Part shown: positions 15,421 through 29,036 of the stretch, one piece after another
Layout of the letters: every line of letters starts with the position of its first letter
How positions within the stretch are numbered: the stretch's first letter is position 1
Made by a program: the position numbers and the translations under genes
Assembly: GCA_964016885.1 (NCBI GenBank)
Contig: CAXHJY010001027.1
Location: forward strand, 31,118 to 95,117
Length of the DNA stretch: 64,000 nt
Source: Eledone cirrhosa
Taxonomy: Eukaryota
Direction: 5' to 3'
The notes under the pieces: model-generated
Told to the model about the DNA's origin: nothing
Databases searched by the model: none
The model's input: the letters and a program-made list of their open reading frames with translations, nothing else

Positions 15421-16726
15421 TATTACAATTTATGTAATACGTCAATTATAGAAGTCGAGACAGTGTAGAGAACCTTACCAATAATAAACCAAGGAGGTAG
15501 TACTCTAACACCTGATATGTGAGGAAGTTGTTAAGCTCCGGAGATTTTTCTTGATCCTCTGTTCAGCCTATTATAAATCTATATATTAACTACACCCACA
15601 CCACCACCACCACCTACTCGTGTATCTATGTGTGATGTGTCTATTCCAGGTGACAGCTGTTTTAAAGTTATAAAAGATAAGCTGTGAATTATTTAACCCT
15701 TTCATGACCATATTTCTAATGAGATACTCTCTATATTAATTAATTAATGAAGAATTTTGAAGGATTTCCTAAAATTATTATTTCATTACTAAGATAGTAA
15801 CTTAATAAGACAGGCATCCAGCTGTAGAAAACCTGCCAAAAATAGGTTTGGGGCCATGTTTGAATCTGGTCTCTCCATCTACGATGTGTGGGCGTCCTTC
15901 AGGTATCAAACCCTAACGATATATTTTAGCTAGACTAGAAGCTTTTTTTTCTAATGTTTTGTTGCCACAATAAAATGCACCCAGTACCCAGTACACTCTA
16001 TAGAGGGGTTGGTGATAGGAAGGGTCTACAGCTGTAGAAAACCTGCCAGAGAAAGGGTCGAAAGGACTCTTTCATTGTATCAAAGACAGCACAACATTTG
16101 TCGTGCTGGTGCTAAAATAAAATGCACCCAGTACACTCTGTATAGTGTGAGAACATATGTAAGTGAGATACAGATCTCCGAACCATCTGAGAAGTCGGTA
16201 ACTCCGATTAAATACTGACTTGGTCTCTAGTGACGAAGAGGGGGGGGGGGCGTTAACCAATAACAATGATGGTGGTAGTGGTGATGATTGCAATGATGAT
16301 GATGATGGTGGTGGTGATGTTTGTGATGATCGTGATGATGGTAATGATGATGATGATTGTAATGTTGATGGTGGTGATGTTTGTGATGATGATGATAATG
16401 GTCGTGGTGATGATAAGGATGATGATGATGGTGAAGGTGATGATAATGATGTTGATAATGATGGTGATGATGATGTTGATAATGATAGTGATGGTGATGG
16501 TGATGATAATGATGGTGATGGTGATAATGATGGTGCAGGTAATGATGGTGATGATGATGATGATAATGAAGGTGAAGGTGATGATGATGATAATGATAAT
16601 GATGATGATGTTGATGGTGATGGTGATGGTGAAGGTCTATCTTCAATGATTAAAATATTTTCTAAGGTTTGTCTTGGAGAAATATTTGGTAATCTTCTAA
16701 TAGAAGTTGACAGTGTTCAGTGGAAC

Positions 16727-17033
16727 CTAGCATCTGTATCTCACCAGATGTAGTTACTAGCATCTGTATCTCACCAGATGTAGTTACTAGCATCTGTATC
16801 TCACCAGATGTAGTTACTAGCATCTGTATCTCACCAGATGTAGTTACTAGCATCTGTATCTCACCAGATGTAGTTACTAGCATCTGTATCTCACCAGATG
16901 TAGTTACTAGCATCTGTATCTCACCAGATGTAGTTACTAGCATCTGTATCTCACCAGATGTAGTTACTAGCATCTGTATCTCACCAGATGTAGTTACTAG
17001 CATCTGTATCTCACCAGATGTAGTTACTAGCAT
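16727..17033. repeat. Perfect 30-bp tandem repeat x10
   Basis: CTAGCATCTGTATCTCACCAGATGTAGTTA, identical copies. Confidence 0.97.
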
Positions 17034-17132
17034 TGTCTCAGTGTGTATGTCTATATATATATTTATATATGTGTATGTGTATATATATGTACGTATATGT
17101 GTGAGTGTGTGTATATATGCACATATATATAC

Positions 17133-17162
<30 letters not shown>

Positions 17163-17163
<1 letters not shown>

Positions 17164-17499
17164 ATTGGTGTGGGATGCTTAAAGTGTCCATATGCGGTAG
17201 GCCGTATGAGCACTCAATGCCCTCGTAGGGAAGAGTATATCACAGAAAAAAGAGAATCAATGTTGCGATGAAAGGAATTTATTGGACATGTTACAAATGT
17301 TTCTTGGGTGACCAGCTCGAGGCACGATCGATGGGGTGATCACCACATCGATCGTGCCTCGAGCTGGTCACCACATCGATCGTGTCTCGAGCTGGTCACC
17401 ACATCGATCGTGTCTCGAGCTGGTCACCCAAGAAACATTTGTAATATGTCCAATAAATTCCTTTCATCGCAACATTGATTCTCTTTTTTCTGTGATATA
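17163..17499 (-). mobile_element. Palindromic micro-element, family F, with internal 28-bp triplication
   Basis: Arms span 17236-17499, with tail 17163-17235; (TA)n flanks. Distant relatives at ~2992-3090 (-) and ~15070-15165 (+) share GAAACAT(A/T)TGTAA. Confidence 0.85.
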
Positions 17500-19074
17500 T
17501 ATATATATATATTTATATATAGTGCCTTCATTTCATATTATATATCCCATATTTTTTGTCTTTATTTCATATTATATTTCTTATATATATATATTTTCTT
17601 ATATTTGACTTTTTCCTTCTTCCCGTATCAGACTGTCAACTAAAAGCACAATAAGTCTCTCACATTTCCTTCACATTTTGTTGTTGTTGTTGTTGGTGGT
17701 GGTGCTGGTGTTGGTGGTGCTGTTGTTGTTGTTTTACATCATCCATATTGTTATCGTTTTGTCGTCATTATCGTTATTATTATTGTTATTTTTATTATTA
17801 TTATCGTCATTATTAAAGATAAAATATTAATTAAAAAAATATTATTTATTATCATCATTATTTTACGTAGAGGGTCGGACACCATGCTTTGACGCATGGA
17901 GTTACAGCCCTTGCCATTCTATGTTCAAATCCCACCGAGGTTAACTTTGCCTTTCATCCTTACGGGGTCGATAAAATAAAGTACCAGTAATGCACTGGGT
18001 AATTGCTGGCCTTGTGCCAAAAGTAGAAACAATTATTTTACGTGTGTGTGTATGTATGTGGGTATGTGTATATTTATGTGTGTGTGCATGTGTGTATGTG
18101 TCTGTATGTATATGTATGTGTGTGTATGTGTGTATATTTATGTGTGTATGTATATTTTTCATTTTCAATTTTCTTCTCAAATATTTATGGTGTAGATATT
18201 AAAATAGTCTCTCTCTCTCTCTCTCTCTCGCTCTCTCTCACTCTCTCTCTCTCTCCCACTCTCTCTCTCTCCCACTCTCTCTCTCTCTCGCTCTCTCTCT
18301 CTCTCACTCTGTTTATCTCCTCTCTCTGTCATCTTAAGCACTACACACACACACACACTCACCACACAGCTGACACATATGACACACACTCCACACACTG
18401 TCACCACACACACACTACATCACACCACTCCACATACTCACACACCACACCACATCATACACCACTCCACACAAAACACACCACACCACACACTACACCA
18501 CACACTGTCACCACACACACTCCACACAAAACACACCACACACTCACACACCACACCACACGCTCACACACCACACCACACACTCCAACCACACACCACA
18601 CCACACACTCAAACATATGATACACTCAGAAATTAATATCAAACAAACATGATTTAAAAGAATGTTTACTTTATATACCTCGTTAAATACCTTTTGGATT
18701 AATTGATTATTTTATTTAATTTCATTATTCGTTTATTTATTTGTTTTTAATTGATATGTATTGATTTCAGTCATTAGACTGTGGCCAAGCTACAGCACAA
18801 CCACCATCAAATGTTTTAGTTAATCATATCACCCACAAGTACTTATCTTAATCAAGCACTTATTTCATATAATAATAATAATGAAACTATTGTGTACAGT
18901 GCTCAGGTGCACTACAACTCATCAAAGGTGCATGTATAGTACATAGGATAATGTACAAATGTCAGGAAAGTGAACAGTGTATGAGTCATGATATACATGT
19001 GTGTGTATGGAGGGGGAATATTAGGTGTAGTGTTGGTGAATCTCAGGAAGCATGGAGGTTTTATATATATGTAT

Positions 19075-19470
19075 ATGACTCCCAGGGAGTTGTAGGGGGG
19101 CTGTATTGACATTAGGTGTTTGTAGGGTATTTTAAAACCTGGTGGAGCCCATCTCCTCTCTCTCCAGGTCTGAATACAGCAGATTTCTCCCAGAGAAGGA
19201 TATATATATATATAATTATTATTATCGAGGTTAACTTTGCCTTTCATCCTTACGGGGTCGATAAAATAAAGTACCAGTAATGTACTGGGTAATTGCTGGC
19301 CTTGTGCCAAAAGTAGAAACAATTATATATGTATGTATGGTTCCGTAACTCGTGGGGGAGTCATAGGTGCACAGTATTGACATACGGAGTTTCTAGGGTA
19401 TTGATAAACCTGACGGAGTCCATCTCCCCTCCTGGCTTAAATACAGCGAATTTCTTCTAGAGGAGGATAG
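19075..19470. repeat. Unclassified dispersed repeat (copies ~19075-19200, ~19335-19468, and inverted at ~57165-57300)
   Basis: Shared ..CCAGGTCTGAATACAGCAGATTTCT.. block. Confidence 0.6.
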
Positions 19471-20654
19471 AGAGAGTGTGTGAGAGAGAGATATAGAGGA
19501 AGACCCCAGTATTAAACTGGTACTTTTTTTATATACCTTGAATGGATGAAAGATAAAGTTGACCTCGGTGGGATTTGAACTCAGAGAATTGGAACAAATT
19601 CTGTCTGACGTTTTAATGACTCTGACAATTCACTGTCTTATTTCATCTAAGAATCTTTGTTAAGTTATGTTCCAAACACCAGCTCAGTAATGAGCAGATA
19701 CCCCAACCACCACCTCCCTATCTTCCGGTGGGGGGTTCTGTTCATGAAATGGCATATCAATAATTAGTCATGCATGACTGGTCAATCCATTATGTAAGTG
19801 GTAGTATGTTAGTAAGTATAGTATATAACATATATATATGTACATATGTATGTATATATATATACATATATATACATATATATATATGTTATTGATTTCA
19901 TCAAAGTAATCAGCTAAATCACTCAACCAGTGAACCAATCAGACAGACAGCCAGGCAAGCAGACAGATAGGCAGTCAGCTGCAACTGACAAAGGCAAATG
20001 GTACAAACCATGTCTCTTTGCCATGTGGCTGGAACATAAGCCACTTAGCACTAACGTCGTCTCTCCACACACACACCCCCTCCACTGCTACCCCACCCCC
20101 TGCACCACCACCACCACCACAACCACCAGCTACTACAACAGCAACTACTACAATTACTACTACTTGCAACTGTAGTTGCTGTTAAAAGGTGGGGGAAAAA
20201 AAATGAAACCAAAAAAAGCACACACACGCACTCACACAAATACACACAAACACACACTCACACACAAATACACACATATACACACACACTCACACAAATA
20301 CACACAAACACACACACACTCAGACAAATACACACATACACACTCACACAAATACACACATACACACACACACTCAGACAAATACACACATATACACACT
20401 CACACAAATACACACATATACACACTCACACAAATACACACATATACACACTCACACAAATACACACATACACACTCACAAATACACACATATACACACA
20501 CTGACACACACACACACACTGACACAGCAACAACTCCCACAAAGCCATCACCATGTCTGTGCTTATAAAGCTGGAAAATTCTATTTTCTGAAAAAGCAAT
20601 GAAGCATGTCGCTAACTTCTTCACCTTCAATTTAACTCAACTTGTGTGATTGAG

Positions 20655-20691
<37 letters not shown>

Positions 20692-21285
20692 GGAACCTAC
20701 AACCCCCACCCAGCGCCGCCTACCCCCTGGGGATGGGCCCCACTGTCTCTAGGATGACATGTGTTTTCAGTTTTGATTCTGTGAATACATTAAACCAAGT
20801 AATTCACAGCAGGGCTGGTGAAACGATTTGTGGTTCAGAGCTAAACAGGAAGGGGAATATGGAATATGAAATATGATAGGTATTATAGGATGATGATGAT
20901 GATGATGATGATGGGGTAATGGTGATGATTGTGGTGGTGGTGGTGATTGTGGTGATTGTGGTGGTGGTGGTGATGATTGTTGTGAGGATGGTGGTGGTGG
21001 TGATTGTAATGGTGGTGGTGGTGGTGATGGTGGTGATGGTGGTGATGATTGTTGTGGGGATGGTGGTGGGGGTGATTGTAATGGTGGTGGTGGTGATGAT
21101 GGTGATTGTGGTGGTGGTGGTGATGGTGATTGTGATGGTGGTGATTGTGGTGATGGTGGTGATGATAATGTATATATGTACTTATGTACTTATGTGTGGA
21201 TATGTGTGCACATATAAATACAAGGTGTTCCAAAAAAATGTATACACACTGATTACCTGTACGGACAATATTTATTAGGAAAGCT

Positions 21286-21330
21286 TTCCTGATGATTTCC
21301 TTCAAATGAAACAGTTCTAGTCCTGTAGAA
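21286..21330 (+). ncRNA. Hammerhead motif, family D
   Basis: TTC-CTGATGA-TTTCCTTCAAAT-GAA-ACAG(TTCTAGTC)CTGT-A-GAA (GUA triplet). The same core and stem III occur at 21901-21942. Confidence 0.65.
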
Positions 21331-21407
21331 GCCATTTCTATATTAAATATTTATACTCTGCTAATGTATTGAGTACCTTACTGTGATTACCTCTGATTGA
21401 ACCCACG

Positions 21408-21447
<40 letters not shown>

Positions 21448-21809
21448 ACTGTATGTACACACACATATATATATGTGTTAATACTATTGTTTTATTCCAG
21501 TAAAACTCTCCATACAAACCCAAGCTATTATTAACTCCACAAAGATTACCTCAATCACACACAGTTATATCTTTTCTGCTTTTTAATTCTAGTTTTTGTT
21601 TGCCTGTTGTTGTAGGTATTACTAGGAGTTGGCACCTGCATTTTGTGACACCTTTAATAAGCCAATGCTTGTTATCGTTAGAAGTAGTTTCCCATCTTTA
21701 GCACTATCATAGCTTACACTGTTGAAACACAACCATATTGGCAGTAGACCAACATTCTAGCAATTGACAGTAGCTTTATTAGGAGTAGTCTAAAACATCA
21801 CTGAAAATT

Positions 21810-21841
<32 letters not shown>

Positions 21842-21842
<1 letters not shown>

Positions 21843-22027
21843 AGTTTTAATATAGATGAGATTCTACAGGACTAGAACTGTTTCATTCTTTAGAAATCAT
21901 CTGATGATTTCTAAAGAATGAAACAGTTCTAGTCCTGTAGAATCTCATCTATATTAAAACTTTTATACTCTGCAATGTATTGAGTACGTTACTTACTGTG
22001 GTTACCTCCGATTCAACCCGGAATAAC

Positions 22028-22028
<1 letters not shown>
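21842..22028 (+). mobile_element. Palindromic micro-element, family D, with hammerhead core at the symmetry centre
   Basis: Palindrome 21842-21962 centred at 21902, inside CTGATGA, with tail 21963-22028; (TA)n flanks. A non-palindromic sister copy lies at 21286-21410. Confidence 0.88.
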
Positions 22029-22089
<61 letters not shown>

Positions 22090-22496
22090 AGACATACACA
22101 TATTTATATATGTGAGTGTGTGTGTTTGGGTGTGTTTATATATATATATTATATATATATATATATATATGTGAGTGTGTGTGTGTGTGTGCGTAATTTT
22201 CAGTGATGTTTTAGACTACTCCTAATGAAGTTGGTGACATCAGATGCGTCTATTTCTACCTGAGGGAGGGAGAGATAATAAGTGGGGGAGAATACTGAGC
22301 CCCAGTATTACACTGGTACTTTATTTATCGACCCCTGTCAGGATGAGATACATAGTTGACCTCAGTGAGATCAGAACCCAGAAACCAGTGAGCCTTAACA
22401 AATATTGAAGCGTTAAACTAATATATTTCTTCCAGACACTGTGCTGTTTGTTTCTTTATTTTGGTTATTTCTGTTTACCTTTTACATATATATACG

Positions 22497-22549
<53 letters not shown>

Positions 22550-22551
<2 letters not shown>

Positions 22552-22708
22552 ATATTTCCCGGTGCCGAAGACGCTCGAGGACACACCCTAATTTGGACAA
22601 CCAAAAGTTGGAAAAAAATTAATAAACAACCGTCACCCTCCGGAACACACGCCAGATTGTTGAGACTTATTTTAGGGGAAAAGTAGCATCTCCGATGCCA
22701 AGAAATAC

Positions 22709-22710
<2 letters not shown>
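22550..22710. mobile_element. Tc1/mariner-pogo-type MITE
   Basis: TA-CC(A/G)TATTTC...GAAATACGG-TA termini within (TA)n. Confidence 0.7.
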
Positions 22711-22742
<32 letters not shown>

Positions 22743-22753
22743 AATACACTATA

Positions 22754-22972
22754 TCATCATCATCATCATCATTTTACGTCCGCTTTTCCCTGCTTGCAAG
22801 GGTGGGACGGGTCTTATTCAGCACAGCATCTCTCCACTCGTCACGGTCCTTCGTCATCTCCACCGTGAGCTTCAATGATCTGAGGTCTGTTCTCACCACC
22901 TCCGCCCATGTTTTTCGTGGTCTACCTCTACCACGTCTTCCTTCAACTGGCATTTCCTGGCACTTCTTCACC
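22754..22972 (-). mobile_element. RTE-type LINE 3'-end fragment
   Basis: Encodes ..VEGRRGRGRPRKTWAEVVRTDL..DRDEWR.., a typical RTE C-terminus, then an (ATG)n tail. A shorter piece lies at ~28290-28378 (+). Confidence 0.8.
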
Positions 22973-23110
22973 CATATATATATACATTCATATATATATA
23001 GCTATTTCAGAGCACCAATTCTAATTTTCAATTTCTGCTTGACTGGCAACCACTCTGTATAATCAGTTCCTGATTATTTACTAGAAATCTATAAGAACCA
23101 AACATCCATG

Positions 23111-23204
23111 ATTTCAGCAAACAGGAGGAGTAGTTGGCTTTGATAAGCATCAATAAATGCGAAACAAGGCCTTGTCAGCTTTATCTCCCCCTGTTTGCTG
23201 AAAT
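23111..23204 (+). ncRNA. Hammerhead ribozyme motif with extended stem I, core mutated
   Basis: 15-bp distal helix ATTTCAGCAAACAGG/CCTGTTTGCTGAAAT; stem I GGCT/AGCT; core TTGATAA (two changes from CTGATGA); stem II GCAT/ATGC; GAA-ACAAGGCCTTGT-C (palindromic stem III, GUC triplet). Confidence 0.72.
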
Positions 23205-23292
23205 TAAAGTAAGTGAGTCTGTCACTACTCTAAAACAATAGCATAAGGTCTTCGAAATGCTTTTAATTAAGCATACAGTGTATTGCAAAATA

Positions 23293-23328
<36 letters not shown>

Positions 23329-23594
23329 CCCAGAAAAAAGAGAGAAAGAAATAAAAAAGGAAAAAAATATATTTTTCTTCCTAATAATCGTCTCTTTCTC
23401 CCTGTTTTCATATATATATATATATATATATATACATACATGCACATATCATGATAATGATATATACATATATATATATATTTGCAAGCATAGCAAGAGA
23501 TGTCAACATCAATGGACATGTTATTTTTATCTAAAGACATTCTTTTCCAATTCCACTCCGCCCGTCTCCTCAATCTATCTTATTTCTCATTCTT

Positions 23595-23630
23595 TCTTCT
23601 GATGAAGGACTAGCATCCGAAACGTTAAGA
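23595..23630 (+). ncRNA. Minimal hammerhead motif, family G (element ~23540-23720)
   Basis: TCTT-CTGATGA-A-GGA(CTAGCA)TCC-GAA-ACGT-T-AAGA. Stem III is the loopless palindrome ACGT. Confidence 0.7.
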
Positions 23631-23720
23631 CCCTCTTCCTGCTATATCAAGCGTTAACCTAATATATCCCTTCTATATACTGTACTGATTGTGTTGTTAT
23701 TTCTGTTTACCTTTTACATT

Positions 23721-23754
<34 letters not shown>

Positions 23755-23757
23755 TAT

Positions 23758-24103
23758 GGAGGCACATGGCTTAGTGGTTAGAGCATTGGCCTTGCAATCG
23801 AAAGGTTGTGAGTTCAATTCTCAGACCGGACGGATGATGTGTTGTTTCCTTGAGCAAGACACTTTATTTCGCATTGCTCCAGTTTACTCAGCTGTAGAAA
23901 TGAGATGATAGGGACTGGGGTCCATATCATTCCACTGTAAAGTGGTCGTGTAGGCGCCACGGCAAAAAATCACCCAGCACTCACTGTAAATGAGGTTGGT
24001 GTTAGGAAGGGCATCCAGCTGTAGAAATCAAGCCAGAATCAGTTCTCATCCCACCCTTGCAAGCAGGGAAAAGCGGACGTAAAATGATGATGATGATGAT
24101 GAT
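23758..24103 (+). mobile_element. tRNA-derived SINE family 1 with RTE-type 3' tail
   Basis: A box TGGCTTAGTGG and B box GAGTTCAATTCT; ends CCCTTGCAAGCAGGGAAAAGCGGACGTAAA(ATG)n. Confidence 0.85.
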
Positions 24104-24389
24104 ATACATCTATATATATATATACATCATCATCATCATCAGGTTTAGCGTCCGTGTTCCACGCTTGCATGGGTTTGGACGGGGGTTTTCCCACTTGAGG
24201 CAAGAGTGGTTGTCTTGCTCGCATAGGACTGTCTGGCGGGTTTTCTACAGTTGGATGCCCTTCCTAACACCAACCACATTTACAGTGTGGGGCTGGGAGG
24301 TTTTTACCGTGTTGCCTACACGGCCACATTACAGCGTGGACTGTCTGGCGGGTTTTCTACAGCTGGATGCCCTTCCTAACACCAACCAC

Positions 24390-24428
<39 letters not shown>

Positions 24429-24784
24429 CACAAACTCAGACATACACAGACCCGAGTGTGTTTAGCAGTAGTTTTAAAAACTATGACAGCAACAGCTCCA
24501 ATGAACTCGAGATTTATTCAGAGCTGGAAGATATGACAGTCTTTATATTTAGATGACAGCAGCTCTTACTTTCAGATTTGGTTGTTGTTGTTGTTGTTGC
24601 TTTCTTATTCATGTAATTGTGTAGGCATGTGTGTATTTGTGTGTCTGTCTGTCTGTCCGTCTATCTGTCTGTCTGTATGTGTCTGTATACGTACATACAT
24701 ATATAAGTATATATATATGTGTGTAAATGTATGTTTACACACATATATACATATATATATATATATATATAACGAAGGAAATGT

Positions 24785-24827
<43 letters not shown>

Positions 24828-24900
24828 TTGTGTCTATGTATGTCTGTGTGGATATATATATATATATATGCACACACGTGTGTGTCTATGTATGTCTGTG

Positions 24901-24938
<38 letters not shown>

Positions 24939-25992
24939 GTATACTTTCCTCCACCATCACACCACATCCACCACCACCATCACCACAACACTGCCGTGAA
25001 CAACCATGGAGGTGGTGGTGGTGGTGGCGGTAGTGGTGGCGGTGGTGGTTGCTATTGGTGCTGGTGGTGTGGTGGTGGTGGTGGTGTTGTTAGTATGGTG
25101 GTGTGGTGGTGTGGTGGTGGTGGTGTTGTTAGTATGGTGGTGTGGTGGTGGTGTGGTGGCTGTGACACTGGACCAACCCCTGACCAATAATGGTGACAGG
25201 TATCCAAGACCTGGTCAACTGGTGGTGTTGTTGGTAGTGGTGGTGTGGTGGTGGTGGTGGTGGTGTGGTGGTGGTGTGGCTGTGACACTGGACCAATCCC
25301 TCACCACTAGTAGTAACAGGTATCCAAGACCTGGTCAACATCATGTGTTGCCAGAGTCACAGGTTTTACTTCTGGAATTATGTCCAAACAAGAACCAGGG
25401 TCGTCACACTCTTTGTGGGCTAACTGCCTCTTTGGGTACCAAACCTGGTATTTCCACCTCCCCAAGCAATGGTCACCCAGACATATCATAGAACCAGTGT
25501 GTGGGGGGTAGGGTGGCACCCAAACTGGGTATTTGCTGTGGTGGATCTTTTAAACTGCTGAGTCCAACTATTTTAAATTTAGATTGTGGTTGGGGGGTGG
25601 CATGCGGGTGGCGTGAGGTTTAGAAGGTGTAGAGGTAGTAGTAGTGGTAGTAGTAGTAGTGGTGGTGGTGGTGGTAGTGGCGGTGGTGGTGGTGGTGGTG
25701 GTGGTGGTAGTGATGGTGGTGGTAAACATTTGTGGTTGGGTGTAGTTTATTTTATTTCCTGTTGAGTCTGGTGGTAGTGTTGGTAGTTGTGATAGTGGTA
25801 GTAATGGTGGTGTTGGTAGTAGTAGTAGTGGTGGTGGTGGTACTGGTAGAGTGATAGTGGTGGTGGTTGTAGTGGTGATGGTGATAGTAGTAGTGGTGGT
25901 GGTAGTAGTGGTGATAGTGGTGGTGGTGGTGGTAGTAGTAGTGGTGGTGGTAGTAGTAGTGATAGTGGTGGTGGTAGTGGTGGTGATGGTGA

Positions 25993-26023
<31 letters not shown>

Positions 26024-27435
26024 GATAGTGGTGGTGGCAGTGGTGGTGATGGTGATAGTAGTAGTGGTTGTGTCTGGTTTTGCAGGTGGTTGTGGTGGTG
26101 GTAGTGGTATGCTGCTGGAAGACAGTTGTCTAGACGGCTGTAGTGGTGTAGGTGGTAGTGGTGGTGGTGTGGGTGTGGAGAGGAGCGGAGGGCAGGGGGA
26201 ACATTATAGCAATTGTGATGAAAGATGAGTAATGGTGGATGTGATGATGATGATGATGGCTTCATTTGAGCAGTCATGGTGGAAGTGGTAGTTTCCTTGG
26301 TCTTGGTGATGATGATGATAGTTTCTGTAGCATTAGTGGTGGGGGTGTTGGTGTAAATGGTGGTGGTGGTGGTGTGGTGATGGAGGTGTGTGTGGTGGTG
26401 GTGGTGGTGGTAGTAGTGACAGTGGTGGTGTTGGTGGTGATGGTAGTAGTAGTGGCGGCGGTGGTGGTGGTGTGGTGATGGAGGTGTGTGTGGTGGTAGT
26501 GACAGTGGTGGTGGTGGTGATGGTGGAGGTGTTGGTGGTGATGGTAGTAGTGGCGGCGGTGGTGGTGTGGTGATGGAGGTGTGTGTGGTGGTGGTGGTGG
26601 TGGTGCGTCTGGTGAGGGTGGTGGTGGTAGTAGTGGCGATGGTGGTGTGTCTGGTGGTGTAGTGGTTGTGGTGTGGTGGTGGTGTGGGAGTTATCACTAT
26701 TGTGATGTGGTGTTTAGTCAGCGAAACTTATTGTTAGTTCATAATCAGAGAATCAACTTTCAAACATTTATGTGTGTGAATATATGTATAGCAATGTATG
26801 TATGTGTGCGTGTGTGTATATATCTATGTATGTGTGTGTGTGTATGTATATATTCATATATATATATATACATGTGTGTGTGTGAATATATGTATAGCTA
26901 TGTATGTGTACGTGTGTGTATATATCTATGTATGTGTGTGTATGTATATATTCATATATATATATATATATATATATACATACATGTGTGTGTGTGTGTA
27001 TATATATGTATATGATATGTTTGTGTATGTATATGCACGTTGGCATCTGTGTACATGCCTACAACTGTGTGTGTGTATATATGTTTGTATGTATGTATAC
27101 GTGTGTGTGCATGAATATCTTTATATGCATACATATATGTATCTGTATAATATATATATATATATTATATATAGCTGAGTGTGTGTATGTATATATATGT
27201 GTATGTCATCATCATCATCGTTTAACGTTCATCTTCCACGCTAGATGTGTGTGTGTGTGTGTATATATGCATGTGTGTGTATATATGCATGTGTGTATAT
27301 ATGTATGTGTGTATACATATATATGTGTGTGTATGCATGTGTGTGTGTATATATGCATGTGTGTGTATATATATGTGTGTATATATATATATATGTGTGT
27401 GTGTGTATATGCATGTGTGTGTATATACATATGTG

Positions 27436-27466
<31 letters not shown>

Positions 27467-27559
27467 ATATATGTGTGTGTGTGTGTATATATGTGTGTGT
27501 GTGTGTGTATATGCATGTGTGTGTGTGTGTATATGCATGTGTGTGTGTATATATGTGTG

Positions 27560-27590
<31 letters not shown>

Positions 27591-27931
27591 CTGTCTGTCT
27601 TGTGCAAAAGTTTCTATTTAGTACTTACTGAGATTAATTTTTATTGATTTGTGTATTTAAACAGCAATACTGCATATGGAAGCATATCCTGTGGTGTTGT
27701 TGCTGTTGTTGTGCAGCTGCATGTGTGTGGTGTTGTACCAGCGAGTTAAAGAGCCAGAACACGGCACAGCAGCAGGTGCTTGGCCAATTAGAAACCTCTG
27801 GCCTTTAACCTTGTCTGATCCCGACACTCTTGTTAGGTGTGAAGGTCGTACTCTCTCTTATCTCACTTAAATACTCTGCAGAAACCTACTCCATTCCTTT
27901 CATACCTGGCACACCAGCTTTTACAGTAGTT

Positions 27932-28263
<332 letters not shown>

Positions 28264-28683
28264 TATATATATATATATATACAACGATGAATTTGTGTTG
28301 GAGAGATGCTGTGCTGAATAGGACCCGTCCAACCCTTGCAAGCAGGGAAAAGCGGACGTAAAATGATGATGATGATGATATATACATATATACATATATA
28401 TATATACATTATATATATGTAAGTATGTTTTGAAACAGTGAGCAGGTTTGAAATTAGAAAATAGAATAGCTTTCACCGTATTTTTGACTAAAGGAATTTT
28501 AGCCTGATGATGGGGTTTAGAACCCTCAGATAAATGGAAAAAGATGAGTATTGACGTATATATATATATATATATTTATATATGTGTGTGTGTGCAAAAG
28601 GCAAACAGAAATAACAAAACAAACAACACAGTACAACAAAGAAATATATTATTAGGTTTATGCTTGATATAGTAAGAAAAGAG

Positions 28684-28719
28684 TCTTGACGTTTCTGACA
28701 CTAGTCCTTCATCAGAAAA
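28684..28719 (-). ncRNA. Minimal hammerhead motif, family G (element ~28595-28790)
   Basis: Minus strand reads TTTT-CTGATGA-AGGACTAGTGTCA-GAA-ACGT-C-AAGA (GUC triplet). Confidence 0.65.
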
Positions 28720-28872
28720 TAGAATGAGAAATTAAAGAAGAAACAGAAAGAGTGAGGAGACAGGCAAGGTGGAAACGGAAACAATTTTTTTAGAGAAAAA
28801 ATAATTGATGTTGACATCTCTTGGAAAACTGGTGATGCTGGCAGTTTGTGTAGGATATAGTTTTTTTGAAAA

Positions 28873-28912
<40 letters not shown>

Positions 28913-29036
28913 TTGACAAATATATCAATATGCCCAGACATGTAGATGGCCTCAGGACCCCCCTGCTGGTCATTTAACCTTGTTCTGGTGACGCAGCTCG
29001 ATGGAGCATGCAACTACTGATATACTCATGTTTATA

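Noticed and set aside
16727-17033. 30-bp partially palindromic repeat as a CRISPR array
   Set aside because: Units are directly adjacent with no unique spacers, there are no cas genes, and the context is eukaryotic.
23758-23830. tRNA gene (also at 41616 and near 31010-31078)
   Set aside because: A and B boxes are present, but the sequence continues into a shared SINE body and tail, so these are SINE heads.
28504-28535. Additional hammerhead candidates (28504 CTGATGA, 23070 CTGATTA, ~62545-62585 minus)
   Set aside because: The GAAA core or the stems are incomplete, so they are too degenerate to call.
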